Assembly (NCBI GenBank): GCA_034439575.1
Contig: JAWXAQ010000036.1
Location: 32,001-96,000 of the forward strand
Direction: 5' to 3'
From: Leptospira sp.
GTDB taxonomy: Bacteria > Spirochaetota > Leptospiria > Leptospirales > Leptospiraceae
DNA: 64,000 nucleotides
The notes under the pieces were generated by a model. It saw only the letters and a program-made list of their open reading frames with translations, made no database searches and had not been told where the DNA came from. Shown piece by piece: positions 29,750-39,993 of this stretch (its first letter is position 1; every line of letters starts with the position of its first letter). The translations under genes and the position numbers were made by a program.

Positions 29750-31237
29750 TTGGACCATGAAGCGCACTTATCAAATCTCCTATCTCATGCTCCATTGTTC
29801 TTTTTCGAAGTAGACTTGGATTTAAATTTTATATATCTAAATAAAGTGCAATCAGGCTTTACTAAAGAGCAAATTCTCGGAAAATCCGTGATCGACTTTG
29901 TTCCACTGGAATATAAGGAAAGTTATGAACAATTCTACCGCTCTGTTATTGCTACACATGAAACAGGAAATTTTGAAATCAAAGCTGAAATCGGTCCTGG
30001 AGAATTTGGCTATTACCAATTTACCTTAGCACCTATTTTTAAAGACAAGAAACTCACGAGTTTACTCGGCATCAGTAGAGATATCACTGATCAGAAAAAT
30101 GAAGTGATTAAAACGAAATTTTTGCAAATTAAGGCGGAGAAGGAAAGCTTATTAAAATCAAACTTTCTCGCGGAGATGAGTCACGAAATTCGGACTCCAC
30201 TCAATGGTGTAACTGGATTTGCCCAATTATTAACTCTATCACTAAAAGAAATGGCGATCGAGTCTAAAGAATTCGAAACGATCAATCAATATATTTCTGG
30301 ATTGAATGCAGCATCGAATTCACTTCTAGCAATCGTAAATAATATATTAAGTATCACTGAAATTGAGGCAGGGAAGAGTTCCTTAAATTTAGTAGATTGC
30401 GATATCCTTGATTTGATAAAAAATGCGAGGGATTCACTTCAGTTAATGGCCGAAAAAAAGGGAATTAAAATCATCATTGAATCAAACTTTAATCACCTAT
30501 TCGTAAAATTGGACAAAGGAAAATTCTTAACAATAATGAATAACCTTATAAATAATGCGATTAAGTATAGCAATGAAGGAACGATTCTAATTTCGGTACA
30601 ATTTAGTGAAAATATTCTAACAGTTAATATAAAAGATGAAGGAATCGGAATCAGCAAAAATAATTTAGAGCGAATCTTTAAACAGTATGAACGTATAGAA
30701 AGTGGGTCTACTCAATTGAATGAAGGATTTGGAATTGGTTTATCTTTAGTAAAAGGCTATTGTGAGGTGATGGGTGGAGAAATTTCGGTTCAATCCACTT
30801 TGAATGAAGGCAGCACTTTCACGGTTCGCCTTCTTGTATCCAAGTCGGTAACAACTGCTAATGAAACCTTCGACTCACACAAACTTACTTATCATCGAGC
30901 ATTAGTAGTGGATGACAACCAAGCAAATTTAATGATACTTAAATCACTATTAAAAAAAGCGGGCATTCAAAACGTTGAAGTTGCCAATAGTGGTTTTGAG
31001 TCATTAGAAAAAATAAAAGAATTTAAGCCAGACATTGTGTTTATGGATCTATTTATGCCAAATATGGATGGATTTGAGACAATCGAAATGATGCGAAAAA
31101 TGGAACTTAGTGTAAAGTATGTTATGGTAAGCGCAGATGCAATGGATTCGACTGTCCAAAAAGCGTTATCATTGAACATAGAATATATGACAAAGCCTGT
31201 TGTTTTTTCAGTTCTTAAATCAATCATCAACTCTTGA
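29750..31237 (+). CDS. Cytoplasmic PAS-HisKA-HATPase-REC hybrid histidine kinase
   Basis: PAS/PAC (GISRDITDQK), FLAEMSHEIRTPLNG, GFGIGLS, VDDN...MDLFMP. Start uncertain: TTG 29750 after GAGG; the ORF is open from 29642. Confidence 0.88.
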   Translation: MDHEAHLSNLLSHAPLFFFEVDLDLNFIYLNKVQSGFTKEQILGKSVIDFVPLEYKESYEQFYRSVIATHETGNFEIKAEIGPGEFGYYQFTLAPIFKDKKLTSLLGISRDITDQKNEVIKTKFLQIKAEKESLLKSNFLAEMSHEIRTPLNGVTGFAQLLTLSLKEMAIESKEFETINQYISGLNAASNSLLAIVNNILSITEIEAGKSSLNLVDCDILDLIKNARDSLQLMAEKKGIKIIIESNFNHLFVKLDKGKFLTIMNNLINNAIKYSNEGTILISVQFSENILTVNIKDEGIGISKNNLERIFKQYERIESGSTQLNEGFGIGLSLVKGYCEVMGGEISVQSTLNEGSTFTVRLLVSKSVTTANETFDSHKLTYHRALVVDDNQANLMILKSLLKKAGIQNVEVANSGFESLEKIKEFKPDIVFMDLFMPNMDGFETIEMMRKMELSVKYVMVSADAMDSTVQKALSLNIEYMTKPVVFSVLKSIINS

Positions 31238-31356
31238 CTTTCCATTAAAGAATCATTCTATTCACAAGAGTTTCACTTTTTAAGAACCAATGGTTATTAG
31301 CATATCCATAAATTCCTTGAACAGTTCATTAAAAATGCAATTTTGAATGATATCTG

Positions 31357-31393
31357 AAAAAGTTCGGGAGAAGAAAATCCCCTCCCGAACTTT
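31357..31393 (-). terminator. Rho-independent terminator after the CocE gene (possibly bidirectional)
   Basis: AAAGTTCGGGAG-loop-CTCCCGAACTTT, with a T-run on the minus strand. Confidence 0.8.
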
Positions 31394-31421
31394 AAACTAA
31401 TATAGGTGTTTAGTTAATCAC

Positions 31422-33140
31422 TCATTCACTTTCAAAACGTAAGGTCGATGCAGTGGAAGTGGAATGTTTAAATGACGTTGTATACAAAGAGATTGGCTTT
31501 GGTACGGCATACATTGGATCAATATTGTCAATAGCAAGTGCTAGACGGCTTCCGACAGAAAAGTCATGTGCTACTGCTTGCAAATCAACATTTATATCTG
31601 TGTCTTTCCCCTTCACACCAAATAGTGTCGCCGTTCCATGAGAGATCAACTTTCCAGTTCCCCAAAAATCTACCTCATACAAATACACCACTACGTGCGG
31701 CGCATTGTCAGAACTATTGATCCGACCTTTGTAAAAACTGCGACCTCGAAGTTTCAATGGACTTGTTAATTTGTCTGAGAGATACACCATGGCATTGGTG
31801 TGATCAATCAAATTGACATTCGTTGTCACTGGCACAGATACTGCTCCATCTAAGATCTCTGATAGAAGAGGAACACCCGTTGTGGCACCTGTTCCACCAG
31901 AAAGGATCGTATCGGTTCCGTTAGATGTGTTGGCAGTCGTAGTGATTTTCCCAGGGCTTAAGAGTCCCATGGGGCGTAGGTGATAGGTGCGTTCTATTTT
32001 ATTTGGATTGGGCCATGCGGAGTAGTTCACTCTGGCACTTGAAAATCGTTTTTGAATGGAAACTTTTGGTTTTGACATGATTCCATTTTGAACGCCTTTC
32101 AACCAATAATCAAACCAGTCATAAGCATTGGTCCAAACATAGTTTTCAATACCAAGGATTCCACCGATTTCGGCAGTGGCATGAATTCCATTGTTTAGAT
32201 CCAATTTTTTTGGAACCGTTAGTTGTTCAAAATAAGGAAGGATTTGGTTTGGTTGGAAAAGATTGTCCTGTGAGTTATTGGAAATATACACAGGTTTTCC
32301 GGAGGCATTGAGTGCCGCCACAGCATTGTTTGGTGAGCGTTCACTTGCCCATGTTAAAACAGTCGCAACATCTCTAGTGTCCAAAAGTTTTTGAAAATTT
32401 TCTGCAATGACTGGATCCATCTTTCCTGTGATATAACCTGCTGTGACAAGTAGGAGTCCCCAAACTAGTCTTGGAGTTTGGTTTCCATACAGCGAATCAG
32501 GTAAACTTCCCCATCCACTCATTGCCACGGCTGTTGTAATTCTTGGTTCTTTGCTAAGACCGAGCAAAGCAATCCCTGCTCCATATGAAATTCCAGAAAG
32601 GGCAATTTTGGAATTGATGGGTGCGTTTGCTTGTAAGTAGTCTATAATCGCAGAAAGGTCTTCCATATCTTTTGGACCTGCAACGTTAATGAGTCCTTCT
32701 GAGGCTCCAAAACCTCTTGTGCTATAACTGAAAACTACATATCCTTTTTTTGCTAACTTAGAAGCAGGAACAATGTATTCATATTCATTGAGAGCCCAAC
32801 TATTAACAAAGATTACCGCGGGAAAGGGGCCTGTTCCCGATTTGGGAACAAATATATTTCCGGCAATTTTGGTTCCGTCGTTTGATGTCACTTTGATGCT
32901 GTCATCAAAACTAAAACTTCCATCATTTTCTCTATCAAATGCGGATTGAATGTCCCGGGAGAGTGCCGCGTTACTTTGTTGCAATGCTTCTGGTGATGCG
33001 CTTGTAGCGGAAGTAGTTCCGCTTAACATACCTAATACGGCATTACTTTGGTTCGAGTTTTGGTTTCCATTTTGTCCGCAAGCTACAAGGAGGAAGACTC
33101 CAAGTGGCAAGAGCAGATTGTAAATTTTTTGCTTTTTCAT
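31422..33140 (-). CDS. CocE/NonD-family acyl esterase lipoprotein
   Basis: GAGG RBS and ATG 33140; lipobox LVAC; RGFGASEG, GISYG nucleophile elbow, C-terminal jelly-roll domain. Confidence 0.88.
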   Translation of the reverse strand: MKKQKIYNLLLPLGVFLLVACGQNGNQNSNQSNAVLGMLSGTTSATSASPEALQQSNAALSRDIQSAFDRENDGSFSFDDSIKVTSNDGTKIAGNIFVPKSGTGPFPAVIFVNSWALNEYEYIVPASKLAKKGYVVFSYSTRGFGASEGLINVAGPKDMEDLSAIIDYLQANAPINSKIALSGISYGAGIALLGLSKEPRITTAVAMSGWGSLPDSLYGNQTPRLVWGLLLVTAGYITGKMDPVIAENFQKLLDTRDVATVLTWASERSPNNAVAALNASGKPVYISNNSQDNLFQPNQILPYFEQLTVPKKLDLNNGIHATAEIGGILGIENYVWTNAYDWFDYWLKGVQNGIMSKPKVSIQKRFSSARVNYSAWPNPNKIERTYHLRPMGLLSPGKITTTANTSNGTDTILSGGTGATTGVPLLSEILDGAVSVPVTTNVNLIDHTNAMVYLSDKLTSPLKLRGRSFYKGRINSSDNAPHVVVYLYEVDFWGTGKLISHGTATLFGVKGKDTDINVDLQAVAHDFSVGSRLALAIDNIDPMYAVPKPISLYTTSFKHSTSTASTLRFESE

Positions 33141-33309
33141 GATTCGCCTCTGAATTGCCTCAAATTTACCACGAATGAAATTGTTTTGCGTCCTAAATGG
33201 CGATTTTGGACGAATTTTTGAGTCAAATATTATGATTATGTACTGATTCTTTGTACGAAAGGTCTCCAAAGGGTTGACGGATGCGTGCAGTTCGTCCGTA
33301 TTTTGGTTC

Positions 33310-34401
33310 ATGTTCGAATTTATCGGTTCTTGGCTTCAGTTTGGGGCTTGGTATCATTTCATTTTAGGCATTGGAATCTTTGTCAAAGAGAAAGGTAGCA
33401 AAGGATTTCCATTTGCTGTCGTTGCGGCCTTCTCTGGTGGAACTTTAGTATTTTACGCCTATCGCTTGTATGCTGGTCTGGAGTTTGAAACTTCGATCTT
33501 AAACCACGGCTATGTTCCTATCATTTATTTAATCCCTGGGAGTATGCAGTACACGATCGAACAGTTTTTAAGTTTGGAACCAGTTCCTTTAGGTAAACTC
33601 TATCGTTTGTATCCCACCTTTGCTGTGGTATTGCTTCTCATCGTATTGTTATGGTTAGTTCCAGATACACTTTCCCAAAGCATGAATCAAAGTTTTGCGG
33701 GAGCTCCCATTTCGATTCCAGAAATCATTGCTGCCATTGGATGTGTTTATTGGGTAGGAGCTTTTTTGTGGATGATTTACCAATATAGAAGCATTCTTTA
33801 TAACAATCCAAACAAAGCCGCACAACTCGGTGTGCAAGTCCTTGGAATGATCCTGAAAGGTAACATTGTATTTGCGAGTTTTATCTTACTCAGCACTATC
33901 TTGCGATGGCATTCAGGAATATATTTTACAGCTGGACTTGCGACACTCATGGCAGTTGTCGCCTTTATTAGTACCGAAATCAACCATGAATTATTCAAAG
34001 ATATTTTACCAGGTCTTCGTCAATCCTACCGCACCTCTCGCATCTTAAATTTAGATTTAGAAAAATTGCAAAAGGAACTGGATCACTTATTGAACGTAGA
34101 ATGTATCTACCGAGAAGAAGATTTAAGTTTGGCATCATTATCTGAAAAGTTAGGAATTAAAGACTACCAACTCAGCGAATACATCAATGCTTATTTGGGT
34201 ATGAACTTCAATCGTTTGGTAAATGAATATCGCATATCAGAAGTTTGTCGGTTAATAGAAAAAGAACCCAAGGCAAACCTATTGTCACTAGCATACAAAG
34301 TCGGGTTTAACTCCAAAGCAAACTTCAATTTAGCCTTTAAATCCTTAAAAAAAATGTCACCAAGTGAATATACGAAATCCTTCCATTCTAAAAAAGTTTA
34401 G
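33310..34401 (+). CDS. Membrane-anchored AraC-family regulator
   Basis: About seven TM segments, then YREEDLSL...LSEYIN...NF...VNEYRI...VGFNSKANFN.AFK; divergent from the CocE gene. Confidence 0.88.
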   Translation: MFEFIGSWLQFGAWYHFILGIGIFVKEKGSKGFPFAVVAAFSGGTLVFYAYRLYAGLEFETSILNHGYVPIIYLIPGSMQYTIEQFLSLEPVPLGKLYRLYPTFAVVLLLIVLLWLVPDTLSQSMNQSFAGAPISIPEIIAAIGCVYWVGAFLWMIYQYRSILYNNPNKAAQLGVQVLGMILKGNIVFASFILLSTILRWHSGIYFTAGLATLMAVVAFISTEINHELFKDILPGLRQSYRTSRILNLDLEKLQKELDHLLNVECIYREEDLSLASLSEKLGIKDYQLSEYINAYLGMNFNRLVNEYRISEVCRLIEKEPKANLLSLAYKVGFNSKANFNLAFKSLKKMSPSEYTKSFHSKKV

Positions 34402-34467
34402 AATCTTAGTTTGCAAATCTCTTTCGCAAAAGAAAGATGTATTATAAATTAACTGAGAAAAGATTCA

Positions 34468-35565
34468 TTGAAAACTCAAAAAAAATCAAATACTAAGACA
34501 AATATTTTTTGGAAACTCTACCAAGACGAACCAATCCTAAAACCAACATTTCCTTCGCCCATACTCGCAGATCCAACGTTTTTATTTCCAGAATCTACTA
34601 TCGATCACAAATGGCATCTTTTTGCGCATAACATATTCGGAATTTTGCATTATACATCCGAAAATGGTATGGAATGGTCAAAACCAAAATCAATAGTAAA
34701 AAATGGAATGCGTCCATTTATATTTCAAGAGAAGGGTGATTATTATTTATACTATGAAAAATATAAACCTTTTCATGTTTTAATGTCCTGGTTTCCTTTT
34801 AGAAAATGGAAATCAGAAATTCAAGTCATACATAGTAAGGACTTAAAGAATTGGAGCGAACCTGTAACACTCATTACACCGACAAAGGATTTTCACAAAA
34901 ATGATAAATGGGGAGAATCTGTCAGTAATCCTTGTTTGGTGAAAATTACTGATAATAAATATCGCTTATATTATTCTTCGTCCCTTGTGTTTGTAAAAGA
35001 CTGTGGATTTTGTGAACCAGAACATATCAGCGTCGCAGAGAGTCATTCACCACTTGGTCCATTTCGTTTGTTTACCCAACCATTATTTTCACCTAACATA
35101 AATGACCCTTATGTAAATTTGGGAGCTGGTGCTATCAAGGTTTTAAGGTGGAGAGATAGATTTTTTGGATTTCAAAATGGAATATTTTGGAATGAAGTTC
35201 GTAAATCATCAGGTTCCGCAATTTTATTTTTACAAAGCGAAGACGGCTTACACTGGGACCGTATCAATCCAGGCCCGATACTTGGACCGACAGGTGTAGG
35301 CTGGAAGGCGAGCCACATATATGCTTGTGATGTGAGATATTCCTTGGAAGAAAAATTATTTATTATGTATTTCAATGCCAGGGATAAGGCACACTGGACC
35401 AAGGGAAAAGAAGCGATTGGTTTATTTGTCGGAAAGGTAGAAGAAGAAGAAGTTCAAGATAAAAGTCCATCCAACAAAGTACAGAAGAAAATTAGCATTA
35501 AAAAACCAATTAAGAAAAAAACAAAACCCAAAAATTCAAAAATCAAAGTGTCTAAAAAGAAATGA
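34468..35565 (+). CDS. Five-bladed beta-propeller glycoside hydrolase-like protein (GH43/32/130 clan) with Lys-rich tail
   Basis: ADPTF, SNPCL, AESHSPLGPF and SEDGLHW Asp-box-like motifs. Confidence 0.7.
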   Translation: MKTQKKSNTKTNIFWKLYQDEPILKPTFPSPILADPTFLFPESTIDHKWHLFAHNIFGILHYTSENGMEWSKPKSIVKNGMRPFIFQEKGDYYLYYEKYKPFHVLMSWFPFRKWKSEIQVIHSKDLKNWSEPVTLITPTKDFHKNDKWGESVSNPCLVKITDNKYRLYYSSSLVFVKDCGFCEPEHISVAESHSPLGPFRLFTQPLFSPNINDPYVNLGAGAIKVLRWRDRFFGFQNGIFWNEVRKSSGSAILFLQSEDGLHWDRINPGPILGPTGVGWKASHIYACDVRYSLEEKLFIMYFNARDKAHWTKGKEAIGLFVGKVEEEEVQDKSPSNKVQKKISIKKPIKKKTKPKNSKIKVSKKK

Positions 35566-36425
35566 ATATAATTTTAAAAGGTCATAAAAAAGATTTAGGG
35601 GATCAATTTATTATCCGCAGAGTTTTGCCAGCTATGGAAAAACGAAGCGTTGGACCTTTTGTTTTTTTTGATCACTTTGGTCCTGTTAGCCTAACGAAAG
35701 GTGATGAAATGGTTGTGCGTTCCCATCCACACATCGGCCTTGCTACGATCACTTTTTTATATGATGGATTGATCCACCATAGAGATAGTCTCGGAATCTC
35801 ACAGCTCATTCGTCCCTTTGAAACAAATTGGATGACAGCTGGCAAAGGCATTGCTCATAGCGAACGTTCCGAAAAAAATCCAGAATCGGATCTTTTGGAA
35901 GGCATACAGACTTGGATCGCACTCCCGAAAGAAAAAGAAGATATAGAACCTTCCTTCCAACATATATCAAAAATCGATATTCCTATTCACAAGGAAAAAG
36001 GAATCACTTTAAGTTTATTAGGTGGTAGTTTTATGCATTTAACTTCACCAGCTAATGTCCATTCACCTTTAATATATGCAGATATTCAGGTCGAAGAAAA
36101 TGCAAGCGATGTATCTTGGCCACTAGATGCGAATCAGGAAGCTGGCATTTATGTATCGAAAGGAAAGATTCAAATCAATGGTGAGATCATTGATGAAGGT
36201 AAAATGTTTGTTTTCCCATTAGGAAGTCAGATAAATTTTAAACCGTTGGAAAAAAGTAGATTAATGCTGTTAGGTGGAGAACCTTTGCCGGAAAAAAGGA
36301 TTTTATGGTGGAACTTTGTTTCTACGAGTCAGGAAAAAATTGATAGTGCGAAAGATTTATGGGCTAAGGATTTATTTCCGAAAGTAAAAGGCGAAACAGA
36401 TCGAATTCCATTGCCTGAAAAATAG
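35562..36425 (+). CDS. Pirin-family protein
   Basis: GPFVFFDHFGP, HPHIGLATIT, WMTAGKGIAHSE, WWNFVS. Confidence 0.93.
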   Translation: MNIILKGHKKDLGDQFIIRRVLPAMEKRSVGPFVFFDHFGPVSLTKGDEMVVRSHPHIGLATITFLYDGLIHHRDSLGISQLIRPFETNWMTAGKGIAHSERSEKNPESDLLEGIQTWIALPKEKEDIEPSFQHISKIDIPIHKEKGITLSLLGGSFMHLTSPANVHSPLIYADIQVEENASDVSWPLDANQEAGIYVSKGKIQINGEIIDEGKMFVFPLGSQINFKPLEKSRLMLLGGEPLPEKRILWWNFVSTSQEKIDSAKDLWAKDLFPKVKGETDRIPLPEK

Positions 36426-36430
36426 TTTAT

Positions 36431-37450
36431 TTAAGACCAATTCACCCAATCGGATCCAGCTCCCATAAATGCAATTTCTGTATTTTCTGAAATGTAAAGA
36501 TCCTCGTGGGAAGCAAATGCTTCTGCGGTGATAAAAACCGTATCGCCTTTGTTATATGTAGTCCAGTTTTTTTTAGAAATCATTGAACCGTTTTTTATAT
36601 GAGCTATCCCGAAGCTGATAGGATTTGAAAGAGGGGACAGTGTCAGGTTTTGCGCTTGTTTGAATTCCCATAATTCAAGTCTAAACTTATCATTAGTCGT
36701 AAAAACACTTCTATGAAAAGGAAAAAATGAAATGATAGTTTTGTTTTGTTTTTCACGAGAATCAGAAACTTTATAATTCAAGACAGCTAGAGCTTTTTCT
36801 AAATGTAATTCTCTTTGCTTTCCATCATCTCCCAATCTACCATAATCGTAAACTCGATATGTGGAATCAGATGATTGTTGCACTTCTAAAAGTAAAACTC
36901 CTGCACCTATTGCATGTATGGTGCCAGGATTTAATAAAAAAACATCTCCAGGTTTTACCTTCCATTTTTTTAAAACTTGTTCTGCTTCATTTTGTAAAAC
37001 CAGATTTTTATACGATTCTTTGTCTGTATCTTTTTCAAAACCTATAACAAGTTCGGCTTCGTTATCTGCAGAAAGCACCATCCAACATTCTTTTTTACCC
37101 GCAGAGCTAGGATCATATTTTTCAGCATAGGCATCGTCTGGATGAACTTGGACTGATAATTTTTCTTTGGCATCGATGATTTTGATAAGTAAAGGAAAAG
37201 GTTGATTAACGAAAGGTTTTCCTAAAAATGATTCCGTATAAGTTTGATATAAATCCCGAAAGGAATTATTCGTTAACTCTCCGTTATGTGAGAATCGTGA
37301 GATATCTGTACCATAGTCTGATAATTCCCATGATTCACCGATTTGACCAGGTGGAGTATCTCTACCCATCATCTTTTTTAATTTCTCGCCCCCCCAAATT
37401 TTTTCTTTATATATAGGATTAAATTTTAGGATGGAAGGATGGGAACTCAT
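36431..37450 (-). CDS. manA: Type I phosphomannose isomerase
   Basis: KIWGG, GESWE, PLLIK.IDA...LSVQVHPDD, GK.ECW, GTIHAIG, EVQQSSD.TYR.YD. Confidence 0.9.
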   Translation of the reverse strand: MSSHPSILKFNPIYKEKIWGGEKLKKMMGRDTPPGQIGESWELSDYGTDISRFSHNGELTNNSFRDLYQTYTESFLGKPFVNQPFPLLIKIIDAKEKLSVQVHPDDAYAEKYDPSSAGKKECWMVLSADNEAELVIGFEKDTDKESYKNLVLQNEAEQVLKKWKVKPGDVFLLNPGTIHAIGAGVLLLEVQQSSDSTYRVYDYGRLGDDGKQRELHLEKALAVLNYKVSDSREKQNKTIISFFPFHRSVFTTNDKFRLELWEFKQAQNLTLSPLSNPISFGIAHIKNGSMISKKNWTTYNKGDTVFITAEAFASHEDLYISENTEIAFMGAGSDWVNWS

Positions 37451-37474
37451 ATCAACGTTTCTCTGCCTTGGTAC

Positions 37475-38170
37475 TTAGACGGCAAGGGATATTTTCTTAG
37501 AGACTTGCAGTTTTACTTTGAGTGATTTTTTTTTGAAATGGGTATATGAATCCGGTCGGAATTTTGATAGATCAAACTCATAAATGCGATTATCTTGAAT
37601 TGTATTAGGTGGAAATTCTACATTTAGATTTCGTGAGCCTTTATAACTTCCCGCACCATCGCAAGACGGACAATGAGGATCGCCACCCATACAAACGCGA
37701 CAAACTATGCGAACCGTCAAAGGAATCATCGCTATCACTCGACGGAATGATTCCTTCTCTTTGATTTGAATGATGATATCGTAATTGATGCCAGTGACCT
37801 TTCTGCGGTCTTTTTCCCTAAAGCCTTTTCTCATTAATCCTTTTTTCGCAAGATCTAAAATCCCATTTCCAAAATTGACTCTTGAAGGTGGTAAAACAAT
37901 GGGCGCTGATTTGTTAATTTCATCTTTGATAAATTGTATTGCACGAAATTTTCTAAAAGATTCATCGTAAGCTTTCCGTTTGGTGGAGCTTAAAATTTTA
38001 TATGCATTTAAGATTGTTAAAAATTTTGATGCAGAACCAGTTCCTGGAACATCAGGATGAAAAATTTTGGCGATACGACGAAAGTTTGATCGAATGTCTT
38101 CCGTCGTAGCTCCAAAGGGGAGGTCTAGTGCTTCATAATAATCAGGAAATGGTGGAATGTGTGTTTTCAT
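37475..38170 (-). CDS. J-domain (DnaJ-like) protein with one zinc-finger module
   Basis: DYYEAL..., HPD motif, CRVCMG...CPSCDG.G. Confidence 0.85.
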   Translation of the reverse strand: MKTHIPPFPDYYEALDLPFGATTEDIRSNFRRIAKIFHPDVPGTGSASKFLTILNAYKILSSTKRKAYDESFRKFRAIQFIKDEINKSAPIVLPPSRVNFGNGILDLAKKGLMRKGFREKDRRKVTGINYDIIIQIKEKESFRRVIAMIPLTVRIVCRVCMGGDPHCPSCDGAGSYKGSRNLNVEFPPNTIQDNRIYEFDLSKFRPDSYTHFKKKSLKVKLQVSKKISLAV

Positions 38171-38184
38171 GCCACCTCATATCA

Positions 38185-38907
38185 CTATGGTTCTTGGAAA
38201 TCTCCGCCAATTGAAACTTCAAGAATTGAATCTGAAACTTCACGTGACTCAAGAGCTCCTTTGGCCATAATATAACGGTCAATTGCTCGTAAAACTTGAA
38301 TTTGGCGATCGCGGTAATTGGTAGCTAGTTTGAGTCTTTCCCAAGGGCTTTGGATTTTTTCCAATTCATAAGTCGTTGTGGTGTCACTAGAGTGTGTTAC
38401 AGTTCGTACGGTAAGAGTGATTCCTTTGATTCCGCCTGCAGTTGCCGAATTTTTAAGATCTCTATATGTTGTGACTGGTTCTCTATTTTTTGTGGTTAAA
38501 GATTTTCTGGACCAAAAGCTAAGTTCATCTAAAGAAAAACCACCACCTTCTGCTCCACCACCACCTTTCAATTTCATCACAAAGCGGCTATGTTGAACAT
38601 AACTTGGTTCGAATGGAAGTTTGATCTCTCTCGCATAACCGACTTGGCCATAACGTGAATCTTTGATTTTTTTCTCAAAACTAAGAAACTTTAGTTTCTC
38701 ATTGATCTGAGCATTGTATGTATCAATGTCTTTTGCCAAATTCTCCATTCTATCTTTTTGTTTGGCATTGTATGGAATGATGGCAATGCTTCCATCAGCA
38801 TTGAGTTTGGGAGAATCAGATTGGCTGATCTCCTTATTGTCCTCGTCGGCGGCAAAAAGCCCGAGTGAACTTATGAATAATATAGAAATGGCAATTATGA
38901 CTCGCAT
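38185..38907 (-). CDS. Exported protein of unknown function
   Basis: GGGAG RBS before ATG 38907; signal peptide MRVIIAISILFISSLGLFA. Confidence 0.7.
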   Translation of the reverse strand: MRVIIAISILFISSLGLFAADEDNKEISQSDSPKLNADGSIAIIPYNAKQKDRMENLAKDIDTYNAQINEKLKFLSFEKKIKDSRYGQVGYAREIKLPFEPSYVQHSRFVMKLKGGGGAEGGGFSLDELSFWSRKSLTTKNREPVTTYRDLKNSATAGGIKGITLTVRTVTHSSDTTTTYELEKIQSPWERLKLATNYRDRQIQVLRAIDRYIMAKGALESREVSDSILEVSIGGDFQEP

Positions 38908-39030
38908 AGAAACTCCCAAAAATTTTTTCTCTATATCTATTTTCGACTTTTGAAATGAAATCATTAATTTGAATAAAAATAAGGTTGAATAAAAATTGAG
39001 AAATCAAATTCTGTAGGCAAGAACCGAAAG

Positions 39031-39375
39031 ATGGAAATAAACCTAAAGAAAAACGCCGATGCCTTTGTGATCAGTATTTCTGGCAGTTTAGACATATATA
39101 CATCTTTAGATTTTAAAAACTTTCTAGAAACAAATATTCCACAAAACGGCGCCGATGCTTTGCACGTTGTGGTAAATTTAGAAAAATTGAACTATATTGA
39201 CTCTTCTGGCATTGGAATGTTGATAAAACAACTGAATTATGTCCAAGAATTAAAAGGTAAGTTCTCCATTGCCAATATGAAACCCGCGATCGAGAAGGTT
39301 TTCAAAGTGGCAGGTTTGACAAGTTACTTTCAAACCATCAGTGAAGACGATTATCGCACAAAATACGCTAGTTAA
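39031..39375 (+). CDS. STAS-domain anti-sigma-factor antagonist
   Basis: SGSLDIY, NLEKLNYIDSSGIGML, VFKVAGL. Confidence 0.92.
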   Translation: MEINLKKNADAFVISISGSLDIYTSLDFKNFLETNIPQNGADALHVVVNLEKLNYIDSSGIGMLIKQLNYVQELKGKFSIANMKPAIEKVFKVAGLTSYFQTISEDDYRTKYAS

Positions 39376-39384
39376 TTTTCCTTT

Positions 39385-39957
39385 TCACTCTTTCCATTGA
39401 TTCTCAACTAAAAACGCATCCCATACTCCCCAAAAACGTCCGATCTCATTTTTACTGGGTATAAGTTCGACTGAAACTTTGCCATCTGGAATTTCACTCG
39501 CTTCAATCGAGATTTCAACAGGATTGGAAAAATTTTTTTGCTTACTGGCATAAATTTCCTTTTTCAGCCGACCATTTACAAAAACAGAAAGTTTCCTGGA
39601 TTTGAATCTCGCTTTTTTCTTAGGAAGGTACTTTGTGAGATCTAAATAAAGAAAGATGCGACCAGCGTGATGGTTTTTATGTTCGAGTAAAAATCGCAAT
39701 CCAGTTTCAGGAATCATTCGACAGACTTGATTTTGCAATCCGTACGCAGGAGAATCCTCTTCTAATTCATAAAACTGGTAAAGGGCCCAAGTTTTTAATT
39801 CTGGATACGTGCCAATATCTTCTGGCAATAACCCTTCCAGTGTTCCAAAATCATTGTAAGATTTGATCGGCTCTTCCGCAGAAATCTCTCGGAGTTGAAA
39901 AGCAACTGAGAAAAAGATTGCCGTGAAAAGAAGAGACTTTAGTTTCAAATGTAGCAC
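39385..39957 (-). CDS. Exported hypothetical protein
   Basis: 190-aa ORF with signal-like N-terminus, ending FWGVWDAF. Confidence 0.65.
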   Translation of the reverse strand: MLHLKLKSLLFTAIFFSVAFQLREISAEEPIKSYNDFGTLEGLLPEDIGTYPELKTWALYQFYELEEDSPAYGLQNQVCRMIPETGLRFLLEHKNHHAGRIFLYLDLTKYLPKKKARFKSRKLSVFVNGRLKKEIYASKQKNFSNPVEISIEASEIPDGKVSVELIPSKNEIGRFWGVWDAFLVENQWKE

Positions 39958-39993
39958 CTAAATTTAAGTATCGGATTTTCCAACCAACTAACC

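Noticed and set aside
33141-33311. Overlapping N-terminal extensions of the CocE (to 33311) and AraC (from 33274) ORFs
   Set aside because: The lipoprotein signal and RBS put the CocE start at 33140, and the AraC ATG is at 33310. The interval is a divergent promoter.
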